Positions 49,555 to 60,965 of a DNA stretch of 64,000 nt are shown piece after piece. A model generated the notes under the pieces. The model was not told the origin of the DNA. It searched no databases and saw nothing but the letters and a program-made list of their open reading frames with translations. A program made the position numbers and the translations under genes. Numbering within the stretch: position 1 is the stretch's first letter; each line of letters begins with the position of its first letter. This DNA comes from Curvularia clavata. Taxonomy: Eukaryota. The stretch is from the NCBI GenBank assembly GCA_023920165.1, contig CP089275.1, positions 3,968,001 to 4,032,000 of the forward strand, given 5' to 3'.

Positions 49555-51334
49555 CTACTGCGTCTTCTTTCCTCGGCTTTCCTTCTTCTCTTGTCCTGCT
49601 TTCTTCGCGCCACCCCTAAACAGCACCCAGCACAGTCCCAAAAACGCAACAAACACCACTCCCATAGTCCCCGGCCCAACCCATCCCGCTTGTCTTGTGT
49701 CAAGCACAGGCACCTTGATCCATTCAACCAGCTCCTGCTCCCCTTTGAGCTCCGGCTGCACCGTCATAAACCGCGTCTTGGGCCCGAACAAGCCCTCATA
49801 TCCCAAGTGCACCCGGTCAAACGGATTCGACGGATGCTGTGCCCCAGACTCTGCTCTGCACGCCCAAAACGCCACAGGCCACGGTAATGGCAAACTCGTG
49901 TGCGCGCGCGGCGCAGCACCTAAGTACCGCAAATGCAACGGAATACTCACGTTCCAGTCTCCCTCGCCAATCTCCTTGTGCGTGGGTAGACCTTCCCAAA
50001 CGTTCTCGCCAGGACCCACTTCTACTTCCGGGTACTCGATCTTCTCGGGCTTGGGCACGTCGAGTTCGAAGAGCGCGGCGGAACCCCACTGTGGAACGGC
50101 CCAGTCTGGGGCCTCGAGATCAGTGGCTCCAGAGAGCGCGCGCAGACGCTTGAGGTTCTTGGATTGCAAGAAGAGCTTGTCGTTGAATTGGTACTGGTCG
50201 ATGAACAGGTACGAGGGGAGCGTGAGGTATGCATGCAGTTTGCAGCCAGTGGCAGGCGGAGTCAGGTTTTGCGCAGGGAAGGTGAGAGTCAGCGTTGGGT
50301 GGAGGCCTGTGGGCTGATTGAAGCTGGTGCTGTAGGTTAGAGGGTGAAGTTTTGGTCTCAAGTTGACATTGTTGGAGGCTTCGACGTGGGGATAGTGACG
50401 TGTTGGGGTTTGGAAGCGTGTAGGTTCTGTCCACTTAGTTAGCTTTTTTTTGTCACACAATTCAGTTCAGCAACAAAAGGGTACTGGTATAGCTTCCAAA
50501 AGAGAAGGCATACTTGGTCGCTCATCCTGCCCCAGAACAGTCAGGAAGCCACCGAACTGAATGTCTTCAGGATCAGTGTTTCCCTCCAAACTCAGCACTC
50601 CTATCTCAACCGTAGCGTCTTTCTTCGGTAGCCTAATCTCCTCATTCCAGCCGTTCTCGTCTTCAGGGGCATGTGGCCAACCCGCTGTGACCACCACTGC
50701 TCGCGAAATGGTGTCGTAATCCACATCCACATATCTCGCCTTAACGATTTCATCAAGCATACTCGCACACTGCGCCGTCCCCTTTTCTCCACACATCAGC
50801 CGCTTCAGCATCTCCTTCCGCGAGTCCACCTCGCCCAGGTAGGCGTAGAACTGCTTGGAAGCCGACATGGCAAAACGCTCTGACAGCACACCTGGCGACG
50901 TGGCACTTTCCTTGGCAGAGACACATTTTAGGTCCGGAGAGACCATATCATGCAGTGCGTCACAGAAAGAATCCTCGGCTGTCTTGTCCAACGGCGTGAA
51001 GAAAGCGTGCAGACCGGGTGAAACACGTGATGTAAATGGCGGAGTGGCAGTGTATGCTTTTGGCGATTGCCAGCGTAGATGCATTTCGTGATATTGAGAG
51101 AAGAATTTCTTGAGCTATGTCCGATTAGCATGATGCAAAAGAAACGACCTGTCTTCTACTCATGGGAGTAGTCGAGCAACATACTTCATCTGGCAGCTCA
51201 TCTAATCCAAGTGTGGTACGGTGTTCCTTTGCGGCCTCAACATCTTTCACGGCAAACAGATCTCCCCGAACGTCGAGTTGTTCCGGGGAGAACTCATCGG
51301 GGTTCTGAACTATGTATGTGATTCGTTGTTTCAT
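49555..51334 (-). CDS. PBN1: GPI mannosyltransferase I subunit PIG-X/Pbn1, 3 exons
   Basis: MKQRITY, PGLHAFFTP, PTGLHPTL, LPSYLFIDQYQ, TDLEAPDW, PLHLRY, C-terminal TM segment and basic tail. Confidence 0.88.
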
Positions 51335-51637
51335 GGTGCGTTTGAGAGGGATGGCTGATAGTCCGTCTACGCGTGGTGCTCGCGGTGTCATGGGAGTGGA
51401 GAGAGACTAGGCTGTACTGAGCGGTAGCGCGGGATAGACCCTGGCGTGTGCCACAGGTTGCGTCATCGTCATTCGTTAGCAGCGCCACTCCCCAGGTTTC
51501 TAGACTTGACCGGCGCAAGGTATTCTTCCTACAACATACCGTGTCCTTTTTACTTATCGTTGCCACCCTCTGGAGTGTTCTTTATCCTTATCTACCTGCT
51601 AGGTGTTGAGGTCTTGAAACTCATCACTGCGAACGCC

Positions 51638-52653
51638 ATGCACGTCTCGCGCTTCTTCTACCCAGCGCTGCTGGCTGCCAGTGGCGCAGACGCCCTTCGT
51701 TCTGACAAAGTCAAGCTATCGAACATTCAAAGCCTCACGCTGCGCAAAGGAAAGCTAACATCAGCGCGACGCGTCGATCCAATCCCCCAGGTACGTAGCA
51801 CCCCAGCTTACCCCGCCATTTTCAAGATCACCTACTAACATACTCTGAACAGCTCAAATGCATCGGCGGCTCCGCTCGCGGCTTATACGAGCCGGAAATC
51901 ATGCGCTGCAAGAACAGCGGCTCCGACTATGACGAAGACTCTATTCAATGGACATGCACGGCGTCGCTCCCAGAAGAATTTAAGCTTGGCTCCACAGACG
52001 TCATTTGTGAAGGCTACGACTACCCCGAGGACCCGTATATTCTGAAAGGCAGCTGTGGCGTAGAATACCGCCTCGTTTTGACAGACAAGGGACGTGAGAA
52101 ATATGGCAAAGGAAGAGGAGGATGGCCGGGCGACGACGAAGACCGACCTGACGGTCCGAAGACTATGGGCGAGAAGATTGCCGGAGCCTTGTTCTGGATG
52201 CTGTTTGGTGGTGTGGTGATATGGATGATTTATTCAGCCCTCAGGAACCGTGCAGAAGCTCAGAACGGTGGGCTTGCTGGAGGAAACCGGCCTGGTTGGG
52301 GTGGAGGTGGTGGCGGAGGCGGATGGGGAGGCGGCTTCAACGACGACAACAACGATCCGCCACCGCCGTATTACCCAAATGACCCCAGGAAGTCTGGTTA
52401 TGGCACTACCCAAGGCTGGAGACCGGGATTCTGGTCGGGAGCCGCGGGTGGTGCTGCCGCTGGCTGGGCCGCTGGGCAATTTGCCAACCGAGGCAGCAGG
52501 AGCAATCAGGATAGCGGATGGGGTGCTGGTAGCGGAAGCGGAAGTAGTCGCTGGAACAATGGTGGCGAGGGCAGCTCGAGGAGTTCTTCAGGCGATAGCT
52601 ACTCTAGCACTAGACATGAGAGTACGGGCTTTGGGGGCACGTCACGGAGATAG
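51638..52653 (+). CDS. SARAF/TMEM66-like store-operated calcium entry regulator; intron 51791-51852
   Basis: Signal peptide, TSARRVDPIPQ|LKCIGG, CEGYDYPEDPYILKGSCGVEY, TM segment, PPPPY, GWRPGFWSG, STGFGGTSRR. Confidence 0.88.
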
Positions 52654-53014
52654 CGTGACGTGAGTGAGTGCTGCAGTGTAGGCTTTTCCCAATTGGCGTA
52701 AGAATGATACCCCGGTTCATATTACTGTTGCTTTTGTACTTCCGACGGAAAGTGGAGTCCAGTGTAGAGTCTGTTGCTCGAGTAGTACCTTATTGTCTAC
52801 TGGGAGAAAGCAGCATATTTACCTACCCTCTTTCTCACGCACAGCCTATGTGGAAAGCGACAAATATATCGGTAACTACTATAACAGCCTAATTCAAGGG
52901 CACGAGAATAATGTAGACCATATTAGCAAAAGCCAAGGAGTCAAGGAATTTATACATCTGTTCAGTCAAGAAATGTCTAAGAGATGTCTAAGATAATTCT
53001 AGTACGGGTATCTA

Positions 53015-54064
53015 CTATTTTTCCTCTAAAAACTCCACGACCGCTGTGCAATGTTAGCATGTCTACTTCACCAATCAAATCATTTACATACCTTTAATAA
53101 ACTCCTCGGGCTTCTCACTAATAACCCAATGCCCGGCATCGATATCCACGAGCTCGAACCTAGGGAAGAAACGACCGATGATCGGGAGCGTCTCATCACT
53201 CACATAGTGACTCTTTGTTCCACGGATGAACAACGCGCGCTTCTTGAACGACACCTCGTCGGGGTTGGTAAACGGGAAGTCGGCCATATTATTCAGCGCC
53301 TTTGTGAGGATCTTGACTGGGATGCGGAACTTGAGGGGTTCTCCAGGTGCGCCGCGTACGAGGTTCGAGAGCAGGAATTGGCGGACGGCTAGGTCAGCGG
53401 CGTACGGCTGCATTAGTTGGTCGGCCTCCTTTTGGCTCTTGGGCTGAGACTTCTCCACGTGTTGCATGCCTTCGGCGTACTTGGGGAAGTCGCTGGATAA
53501 AGCGGCATCCACGGGAGCGTTGTCGACGGGGATTATGTTGGCGCAGCAGTCCGGGTTGCGAAGGGCCATGGCCATGATGACTTTTGCACCCATGGAGTGT
53601 CCGATGAGTGTCGAGTTCTTCAGGTTATGCTTGTTAAGGAAAGCCTCTACGTCCTCGGCAAGCGCGGTGTAGGTATGTACGCTGTCGTGGGGTGAATCAC
53701 CATGATTTCTGGTGTCGATAGCGTAGACGGGGCGTTTAAGGATGCGCGCGAAGGCACTGAACGAAGCATGTTAGTCATTATACAAGAAAAAATGTCGCAT
53801 GTCTTGCGCGTACTTTCCAACGCTCTGGTTGTTCCTCTTGCTTCCAAACAAGCCGTGTATAATCACAATGGGGTCTCCTGTGGCTTTGCCCGAGTCATCG
53901 TGGAGCCGATATGCAAGGTCGACGACCCTCAGGTTCGCAGAAGCATGAAACGAGCGCGTCCATGATGGCAAAGGTGTCGCGTTGAACACACGCACGCTAA
54001 TCGTGTGCTTTAGAGGGGTAAATCCCGCGAAAAGGGGTTGTGTGCATTTTGCTATGGAGCGCAT
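53015..54064 (-). CDS. Mitochondrial alpha/beta hydrolase (ABHD11-like), 3 exons
   Basis: Arg/Ser-rich presequence, IHGLFGSKRN, RNHGDSP, GHSMGAK nucleophile elbow, AGHWVISEKP. Confidence 0.9.
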
Positions 54065-54512
54065 GTTGAAAGTTTGACATGGTGAATTTCGGAAAGCTTC
54101 CGAACTTTTTGCTGCGCCAAGCCTAACGTCATGCCGTACTCTGCCGATCTTTGTCTTCGGTCTACAGCCTCTATGGCAATTACGGATTTTACAGGTTCTT
54201 GTGACGATAGCATAGTGACAAACTAACACGGAGATATAGCTTCTGACCAAAATTTGACTGCATTAAATGGAGAACCGACACCGTCTGGACAGAACAATAG
54301 ACAGCCAGCATCTGCATAACCGACCATCGGAAGTATCGTGTAAATCGTACTTGCGCAAGCGAGAATCCTTAGCAGTACTTATTCCTACGCTAACAATAGT
54401 TGGGTTGCGAGGACCACTGTTGCGTCGGTATCAAGACCACAACGCCGCTTCACAACCCATGACTATCTTGTTGCATCCATGTACTCCGCACAGTCTCCTC
54501 ACCTCAACCCTC

Positions 54513-54942
54513 CTATAGGCACTTCTTGTAATCGTCGTAGTATGGAAGACCACCTGTCCATGATTAGCAGTTTTTCCGTTTCACTTCAGATCCCAAACTT
54601 ACTCTCGCATCCTTCCTGCGTCCACCCTGCCCAGATCCAGCATCCCCAGCCTGGAACGTAGTCCCACTTCTTGTAGCCATTGGATCCGAATGCTTTACCG
54701 CGAGCAGTGCAGCGTACTCCAAAGCGGTCACCGCCTGTAACACCTCGCTTTCGAGTGCCACTGAAGGGCGTGGTGTCGCAGCCCTGAGGATCGTTTTTCA
54801 GGGCATCAGAGTTAAGCCAGCACCAGTTGTCAGCCCTAGGAAGGAGATCGGAAACAACTTCTGCGGTAGGGTTTCTGCTGCTGAGTGGTGATGCAGTTGC
54901 AACAAGGGGAAGGAGAAAAAGGATTGTGGAACTGGACTTCAT
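54513..54942 (-). CDS. Small secreted Cys-rich protein (candidate effector or antimicrobial); intron 54554-54602
   Basis: Signal peptide, pro-region ending LLPR, six Cys after splicing (last exon ..GLPYYDDYKKCL*), TATATAAA upstream near 55040. Confidence 0.85.
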
Positions 54943-55309
54943 GATGGGCGTTGATAGTCGTTATTGCAAAGAAGATGCGTGAGAATAATCTTTGAGCTGT
55001 AAAGGACGCTCTTCTTCATGTTTGAGGCTTCTCGATTTATATACACTACATGTCCTGGGAAGTGTAATTTTACAGTCAGTTCTAGCCTCGCAAGTGTGGT
55101 ATTGCTTCTGGGCATTGTTACCCAATGTTTCCTTAATGACATTCTAGTATAAGTTGTGTACAATTCCGAAATCAATTTTGTCGGTTTGATCGCATTGCGG
55201 ACTACACCAGGAAGGTGTCCGCAGCATAGGACTTCTAGCAGTTCAGCTGCCAAGCCGTGTATAGTGCTCCCCGCGCTTTAGCATCGCACTGGCCAACACG
55301 GCAGTCAGG

Positions 55310-56773
55310 CTCTCGGTGGACTAGAATAGCCGGACAACCATCGCCCCCACCAAAACAATGCAACCCCTGACATGCAACCACCCACCATCTCACCACCACG
55401 TACTCAAATATATTGATTTCATAAGCAAAAGTAGTGTATTTTACTGTCCGAATTCAAATATTACAATGCCAAGATGTAAAAGATTCATGACGCCGCCGCA
55501 GGAGCTAGTCAAAGATGCCGATGCACCACCCCAACTTGACACCCCTCGACGCGCCGCCATTATCGCGATACCCTATTATTGCGAGATACAGAAGCTACCA
55601 TGCAGTTACAGGCGTATTTCCAAAACACTTGGCATACCAAAATCTACGATATCCGACGTTGCCGCGTCCCGACGATGCCGCCGACTGCAGCACTCTGATG
55701 AGCTCGATCCACGCGGCATGCCGCCAAAATTCACCACGTCCGACGCCGACGCTGTTGCCACATATATCAAAAATGCTCCGTTTCATGAGAAGAGTGATTC
55801 TTGGCAAGATTTGGCTGAGAAAGCTGGTGTAGTGAAGGAGTATAAGCATGAGAAAGGTGCAGAAAACATTCAGTGGAGCTCTCATTACATACAACGACGA
55901 GTTACTCGACTCTCAGGCATCAAAACACACAAAGCTATCACTAAAGAACGTCATAGTCCGGCACAACTTGACTTACGTAAGGCATACGTCGACAGGTATC
56001 TTTCTGAGAAGCCGGATGCACGAGACTGGCGCAATGTGCTCTGGTGTGATGAGCTTCACTGGATGACTGGCCCTAGATATCAGAAAAATATCAAAAGAGA
56101 GGCAGGCCAGGCTGCCAAATATCACCCGGATAACATCCAATACGAAAAAAATCACAAGCCAAATCCTGAATTACAAGATCACTTTCACGTCTACTGTGTT
56201 ATCGGTTACGACTTTGCATGGGCTCTACCCTATTCTACTACGTCAGAAAATGGTAAAATGGATAGTAAAACATATACGGAGTACGTCCTGCCTGAGTTGC
56301 AGAAGTACTTACTTAGAGTGGGCGGTGAATATATTCTGTGGCAGGATCGCGATTCGTCTCACACCAGTAAGAAAACTCTCCGCTGGATGGAACTCCATGG
56401 CATGGACTATATCCTCTCACCACCCAAATCACCCGATCTCAGTGTCATGGAGACCTGGGTTTCACCACTCAAGCGCCAATTTTGGCAGCAAAGCTGTGCT
56501 ACGAGGGTTCAGGGGCAGCAGCGTTTTCGTCGGATTTGGCGTGCACTTGAGAAGCTCAAAGTCAACAAAACTATTGACAACTACCCACTACGACTCCAAC
56601 AAGTTCGGGATATATATCAGTATAGAGCCTCGCGCTTCTGATAATTTTTTTTGCATGTTTTGAAATGTAATTTTGGCTGATTTTGGCTGTATTTTAACGT
56701 GTTGTTGCATTGTGACGCGTGTGCGCGACTTTGGTGGGGCGGGGGTTGTCCGGCTATTCTAGTCCACCGAGAG
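55310..56773 (+). mobile_element. Full-length Tc1-like (DD34E) DNA transposon, 1464 bp, 30-bp perfect TIRs, flanked by TCAGG direct repeats
   Basis: TIR CTCTCGGTGGACTAGAATAGCCGGACAACC at 55310-55339 and its reverse complement at 56744-56773. TCAGG at 55305-55309 and 56774-56778. Confidence 0.93.
55466..56641 (+). CDS. DD34E transposase (IS630/Tc1/mariner superfamily), uninterrupted
   Basis: HTH-like SYRRISKTLGIPKSTISD, WRNVLWCDE, WQDRDSSH and SPDLSVME. 34 residues between the second D and E. Confidence 0.92.
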   Translation: MPRCKRFMTPPQELVKDADAPPQLDTPRRAAIIAIPYYCEIQKLPCSYRRISKTLGIPKSTISDVAASRRCRRLQHSDELDPRGMPPKFTTSDADAVATYIKNAPFHEKSDSWQDLAEKAGVVKEYKHEKGAENIQWSSHYIQRRVTRLSGIKTHKAITKERHSPAQLDLRKAYVDRYLSEKPDARDWRNVLWCDELHWMTGPRYQKNIKREAGQAAKYHPDNIQYEKNHKPNPELQDHFHVYCVIGYDFAWALPYSTTSENGKMDSKTYTEYVLPELQKYLLRVGGEYILWQDRDSSHTSKKTLRWMELHGMDYILSPPKSPDLSVMETWVSPLKRQFWQQSCATRVQGQQRFRRIWRALEKLKVNKTIDNYPLRLQQVRDIYQYRASRF

Positions 56774-56948
56774 TCAGGTACCTGTCACTAGCATTTCAGG
56801 GTACATGATTAGGTCCCAAATAAAGAATCAAATTTTTTAATTACGTTTGCCGAAGGTATTATGCATGCCAGCAGATACACTGACCAAAACAATTCGAACA
56901 TTATTTCGCTCAAAAACTTCACAGCTCATTCGTTTCCGATACCACAAC

Positions 56949-57956
56949 TCAGTCTTCTCTGATGTGCACAACGATCTTTCCCTTTGCCCTTCCGGTCTTT
57001 AGTTTCTCATAGGCCTTTGGTACATCGCCAAACTCCCATGTTGAGTCGATGACTGCACGCAGTTTCCCTTCAACCATCCATGCGGCGAGTTGTTCGTATA
57101 CCGCATTGCTCGGTTTCGGATCCACGAAAATATATTGTCTCTTCCCAAAGCTAAGTAAGCTTGCGATATTGTTGGTGAGAAGTTGAAAGATTCCGCTTGG
57201 GCTTATGCCTAGGCCCACCTGGATAAATTTCCCCTCAGGCCGTAGAAAGGCATTCGACACTCGGTAAAGATTGGCTGGAGTACCGACGTTATCGAGCACA
57301 AGATCGAACATCACGCCCCTGTCCTTCAACTGATCGACAATTGGAGCTGCTGTGTAGTCCAGTACCGTGTCTGCGCCCAAGCTCTTGACTAGCTCGATGT
57401 TCGCTGTGGAGCAAGAAGCGGTAACTTCGTAGCCAAGAATCTTTGCTATTTGAATTGCAGCGACACCGGTTCCTCCAGAGCCACCGTTGATGAAAACCTT
57501 GTTTCCGGGTTTCGCGTAAGGAGCGAGGCCAGCGTAGACCGTCATGCCTACGAGAGCGATGGCCACCATATCGTCTTTGTTCAAGCTGTCTGGCACTTTG
57601 GCGAGCAAGTTACGAGAGACTGGCAAGTATTCTGCGAGAGCTCCGTATTTAGCACCTGGGCCGATGGAGCCAAACACAATGTCGCCTTCTTGAAAATTAG
57701 ATACTTTGCTGCCGGTTTTGGCGACTCGACCATATATTTCAAGGCCGGGAGTCACCGAAGGGAAAACCAGACGTGTGATGAGACCGAGCTCGAGGATCTT
57801 GTAGTCGATTGCGTTGAGGCCTGTTGCGTAGTTTTCGACAAGCACCTCATCGTCTTTAATGGGCGGTATGGGAAGACCCGATGGCGGGATGTGAAGATTC
57901 TTCTCCATAGGGCCAGAGGACACCTGGAATTGCCATGCGCGCATTGTATCCGCCAT
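56949..57956 (-). CDS. MDR-superfamily NAD(P)H oxidoreductase (RTN4IP1/quinone reductase-like)
   Basis: GLNAIDYK, YGALAEY, VFINGGSGGTG, LGADTVLDY, GRAKGKIVV. Confidence 0.88.
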   Translation of the reverse strand: MADTMRAWQFQVSSGPMEKNLHIPPSGLPIPPIKDDEVLVENYATGLNAIDYKILELGLITRLVFPSVTPGLEIYGRVAKTGSKVSNFQEGDIVFGSIGPGAKYGALAEYLPVSRNLLAKVPDSLNKDDMVAIALVGMTVYAGLAPYAKPGNKVFINGGSGGTGVAAIQIAKILGYEVTASCSTANIELVKSLGADTVLDYTAAPIVDQLKDRGVMFDLVLDNVGTPANLYRVSNAFLRPEGKFIQVGLGISPSGIFQLLTNNIASLLSFGKRQYIFVDPKPSNAVYEQLAAWMVEGKLRAVIDSTWEFGDVPKAYEKLKTGRAKGKIVVHIRED

Positions 57957-59840
57957 ATGAGTGGGAGGAGATAGTATGATTTTGTCAGGTGTTGAGTAAA
58001 GGAAGCTGTGTCTTAGTGTTCCTGATCGAGAGGTTTGTGTCAAGTCGATAGGGCTTGAAAATATGCTTGTATGTGAGCTTGTTTGCTATGTTGTAATGAT
58101 GACTGTGAGTAGGTTGTATGATGCTAATTTCTTCAATCATTGCTATCAATATATACATACGGCCTGTCAGCCTTGCTACTCATTATCGTTATACGGCGGC
58201 AGCCAAGAGCGAAGAGAGCGAGCTTGGTCAGCCCCACCGGGCGATGTCAGGATTGCAGACCGACATCAGGCAGGCATAGTTGCCATGAATTTGCTTCCAT
58301 AAGAAGAGTTATGTCACGGATCGCGTGTTTGAAAGACCGAGTTGAAGGCTTACAAATGACGTCCGCGGGGAAGATGAGGATGACAAATGCTCGTGCAGGG
58401 AGGCGCTAGACCAAAAGAAGCACAACGAGTTTCGATGATGCGGAGTTAAGGTACAGAGTGGGAATCTTGACCAAACACATGCTCCGGTTGGTTATCTTTC
58501 TGATGCGCGGTTGGATACTCAGGTCTGCTAATAGACATTCCTATTCTGCTACCAATCAAATACCTGATCGCGCTGTAAGCACAAAGCGATACGGTGTTTA
58601 TCGCATACAGAGCGCAGCGCTAATCGCACAGTACCCCATGGCAGTACCTCGGTGTCCTTCAGCCCGACGGGACAAGGGCGCTGGAAGTGTTTTTGTAACA
58701 GAGAACTATCAATGCCCCGCCATTGGCGAACCTGCACAAGCAACAAGAACCTCTTCACTGCGATTAGGGATTGACTGTATCGTGCTTTATGATTCTCAAA
58801 GTGTTTTGTTTACCCTTTACATAGCGATACTATCCAAAAGACGGTAATTACATGTACCACGGATCGCGCCTCCACGGGTTGTAACACCTTGTGCATGTCA
58901 TGAAATACATGCAAAATTCCTGTGGATGCATGGGAATCATTCAACGACTGAATCTCAAACGAGCAACGAATTTGTATTCATCTAATTACTGCGAGTACTG
59001 TATAGCATATTCGTGACCGCATTTCGGACATTTGACAAAGGGAGCTCTCTGCGAGACGAAGGCTGCCCCTTGCCGCAGTACCTCGGCTCTCGTGACTGTA
59101 AATACCAGGTGAGACATGAAGCAACATCCCCATAGCACTGTCCACCCAAAGGAAAATGAGAACATCGCAAGATCATGCCATGCATGCAAAAAGCCATACA
59201 GCTTGGCAAATCAGCACGAATACCCAGGGAAAACAGCGCAATCTCTGGATTTTATGCTTGCTTGTGCCGCAAAGGCGCTTTTCTGCTATGTAAATATAGG
59301 GAGGGTTTGAGTACACTTCTCTGCCTTCGTTGGTCGTGGGTGCACCGACAAGTTGTATATAGATGCAATGTGATACCACGTGGAATACTTTATTGGTGCA
59401 CGCTTGATGTGGATCAGACGCTACCATTCTGGGTTGTACGGACCGTGAGAGAAAGCATTTTTAGGCGTTGTGAAGAGAGTCAAAATTGTATATGCGCTGA
59501 AAACTTTGCAACATATCTTAAGGTTGCGTTTGCTGCGAAAGGTGTATAGCAAACTCTGCTGTGTACAATCGCGCCAGAGAACACGGTCATCAACAGTCTT
59601 CGCGACTTCCGCAATGTACTCACACCTCAGACCATCCTTGTTGTGTGGACGTGTATGAAAATTACCCTAAAAGAGAAGCAGAATGAAGAAATCGTGAGAC
59701 ACCAGAACATTTGAAATCCAGTCCGCTCTCCCCTGGGAGACATTAGCATTGCCCTTCTTCCCTTCCATGGCTCCCAAAAATATCTTTCAGCCAAGAACCG
59801 GGCGCCTGTATTTGAATGGCCACATAAGAAAATCGATCAC

Positions 59841-60965
59841 TCAATGAGTCTTCCTGACCCCTCTGTCTAACACTCCCTCAGCAACCTTTCTTAGCATCTC
59901 ACGATCCTCATCACTCATGTGATCCACCTTCTCTACTAACAGCTTCTTCAGAAATATATTCTCCTTCTTGAGCCCCTCGTTCTCAACCTCCAATTGTTTC
60001 GTCCGCTCCTGCATCTCATGGGCCTTCTCCATAAGCTGTTGCTCACGTTGCTTCTTCTTTTGGCGGAAGCGCGCAGAAGCAGCCTGGTTACGTTTTCTTT
60101 TGTCTTCCTCTGCTTCCACAACTACCGGATCGGTGAGTAGAGTAGAATTTGCGGGATCGGGCGATGGGGCTGATGAGGTGCTTGTCGCATTGCTGTCGGG
60201 GTATGGCGTGCGATAGGCGTTAATGTTGTAATCGTGCGTCGCTGTGGATAACCTTTGAAGATCATCCAATCCTAGATGTATTGAGTTGCCAGGCTCGTAA
60301 TGATGGGAGAGGTGGCTGTTCATGTTTGGCACCGTTGGCGAGGTGTATTGGAGGCCTTGTGAAGACATTAGTGAGCAGGGTATGGTGGAGAGCAAGTCAC
60401 TTTGAAAGTGCGGTGACTGTTGCATATTTTATCGGCAAGTAAATCAATCCAACAAAATGCATCTTTGCTCAACTTGCATAAACGCCTCCCAAAGCAGGTA
60501 GGTCGTTGTTGCATGCGTTGTGGCATTGTTCGATCACGTGCGGCTAGTGGAAGCACGCCATCCGCTCCCGGCCAAACGTCATCGAAAGCCGACAAACACG
60601 GGAGCCGGGCTTGACCCCAGAACCATGAGGCAGATAAGACTTGAAATTGTAAGAAGTATACAGAACATGAGATTAAATAGGAAAATTATGATAGAAGACG
60701 GATGAGGAGTAGCCTTACCTGCGACCGACAAACTGCTGTCTTGCAAGGCGTACACAACATGCTGGTTGTGGGTATGCTCATCGCGAGCTGCTGTCTGCAT
60801 TTGCTGCAGCATTTGTCCGCCAGTATGGTAGGCGCCGTTGGGGTCGTAATAGAGATCGGACGAGTCGATGACATCGAATGTGTCACGTCCAGAGGAACTC
60901 CCACTCGCATGCGCGTCGGTGAAGGTCGGCTGCCCAAAAGCTTGCTGATTGTAGAAATTGGACAT
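59841..60965 (-). CDS. bZIP transcription factor, MetR/CYS-3-like basic region; intron 60356-60718
   Basis: EEDKRKRNQAASARFRQKKKQREQQL plus leucine zipper. Donor GTAAGG and CTAAT..CAAG acceptor join the exons in phase (SVA-G-LQY). Confidence 0.8.

Noticed and set aside
60356..60718. Possible second stwintron in the bZIP gene (CAG near 60417 is out of phase by one base)
   Set aside because: A downstream CTAAT..CAAG acceptor at 60356 restores phase with an ordinary intron.
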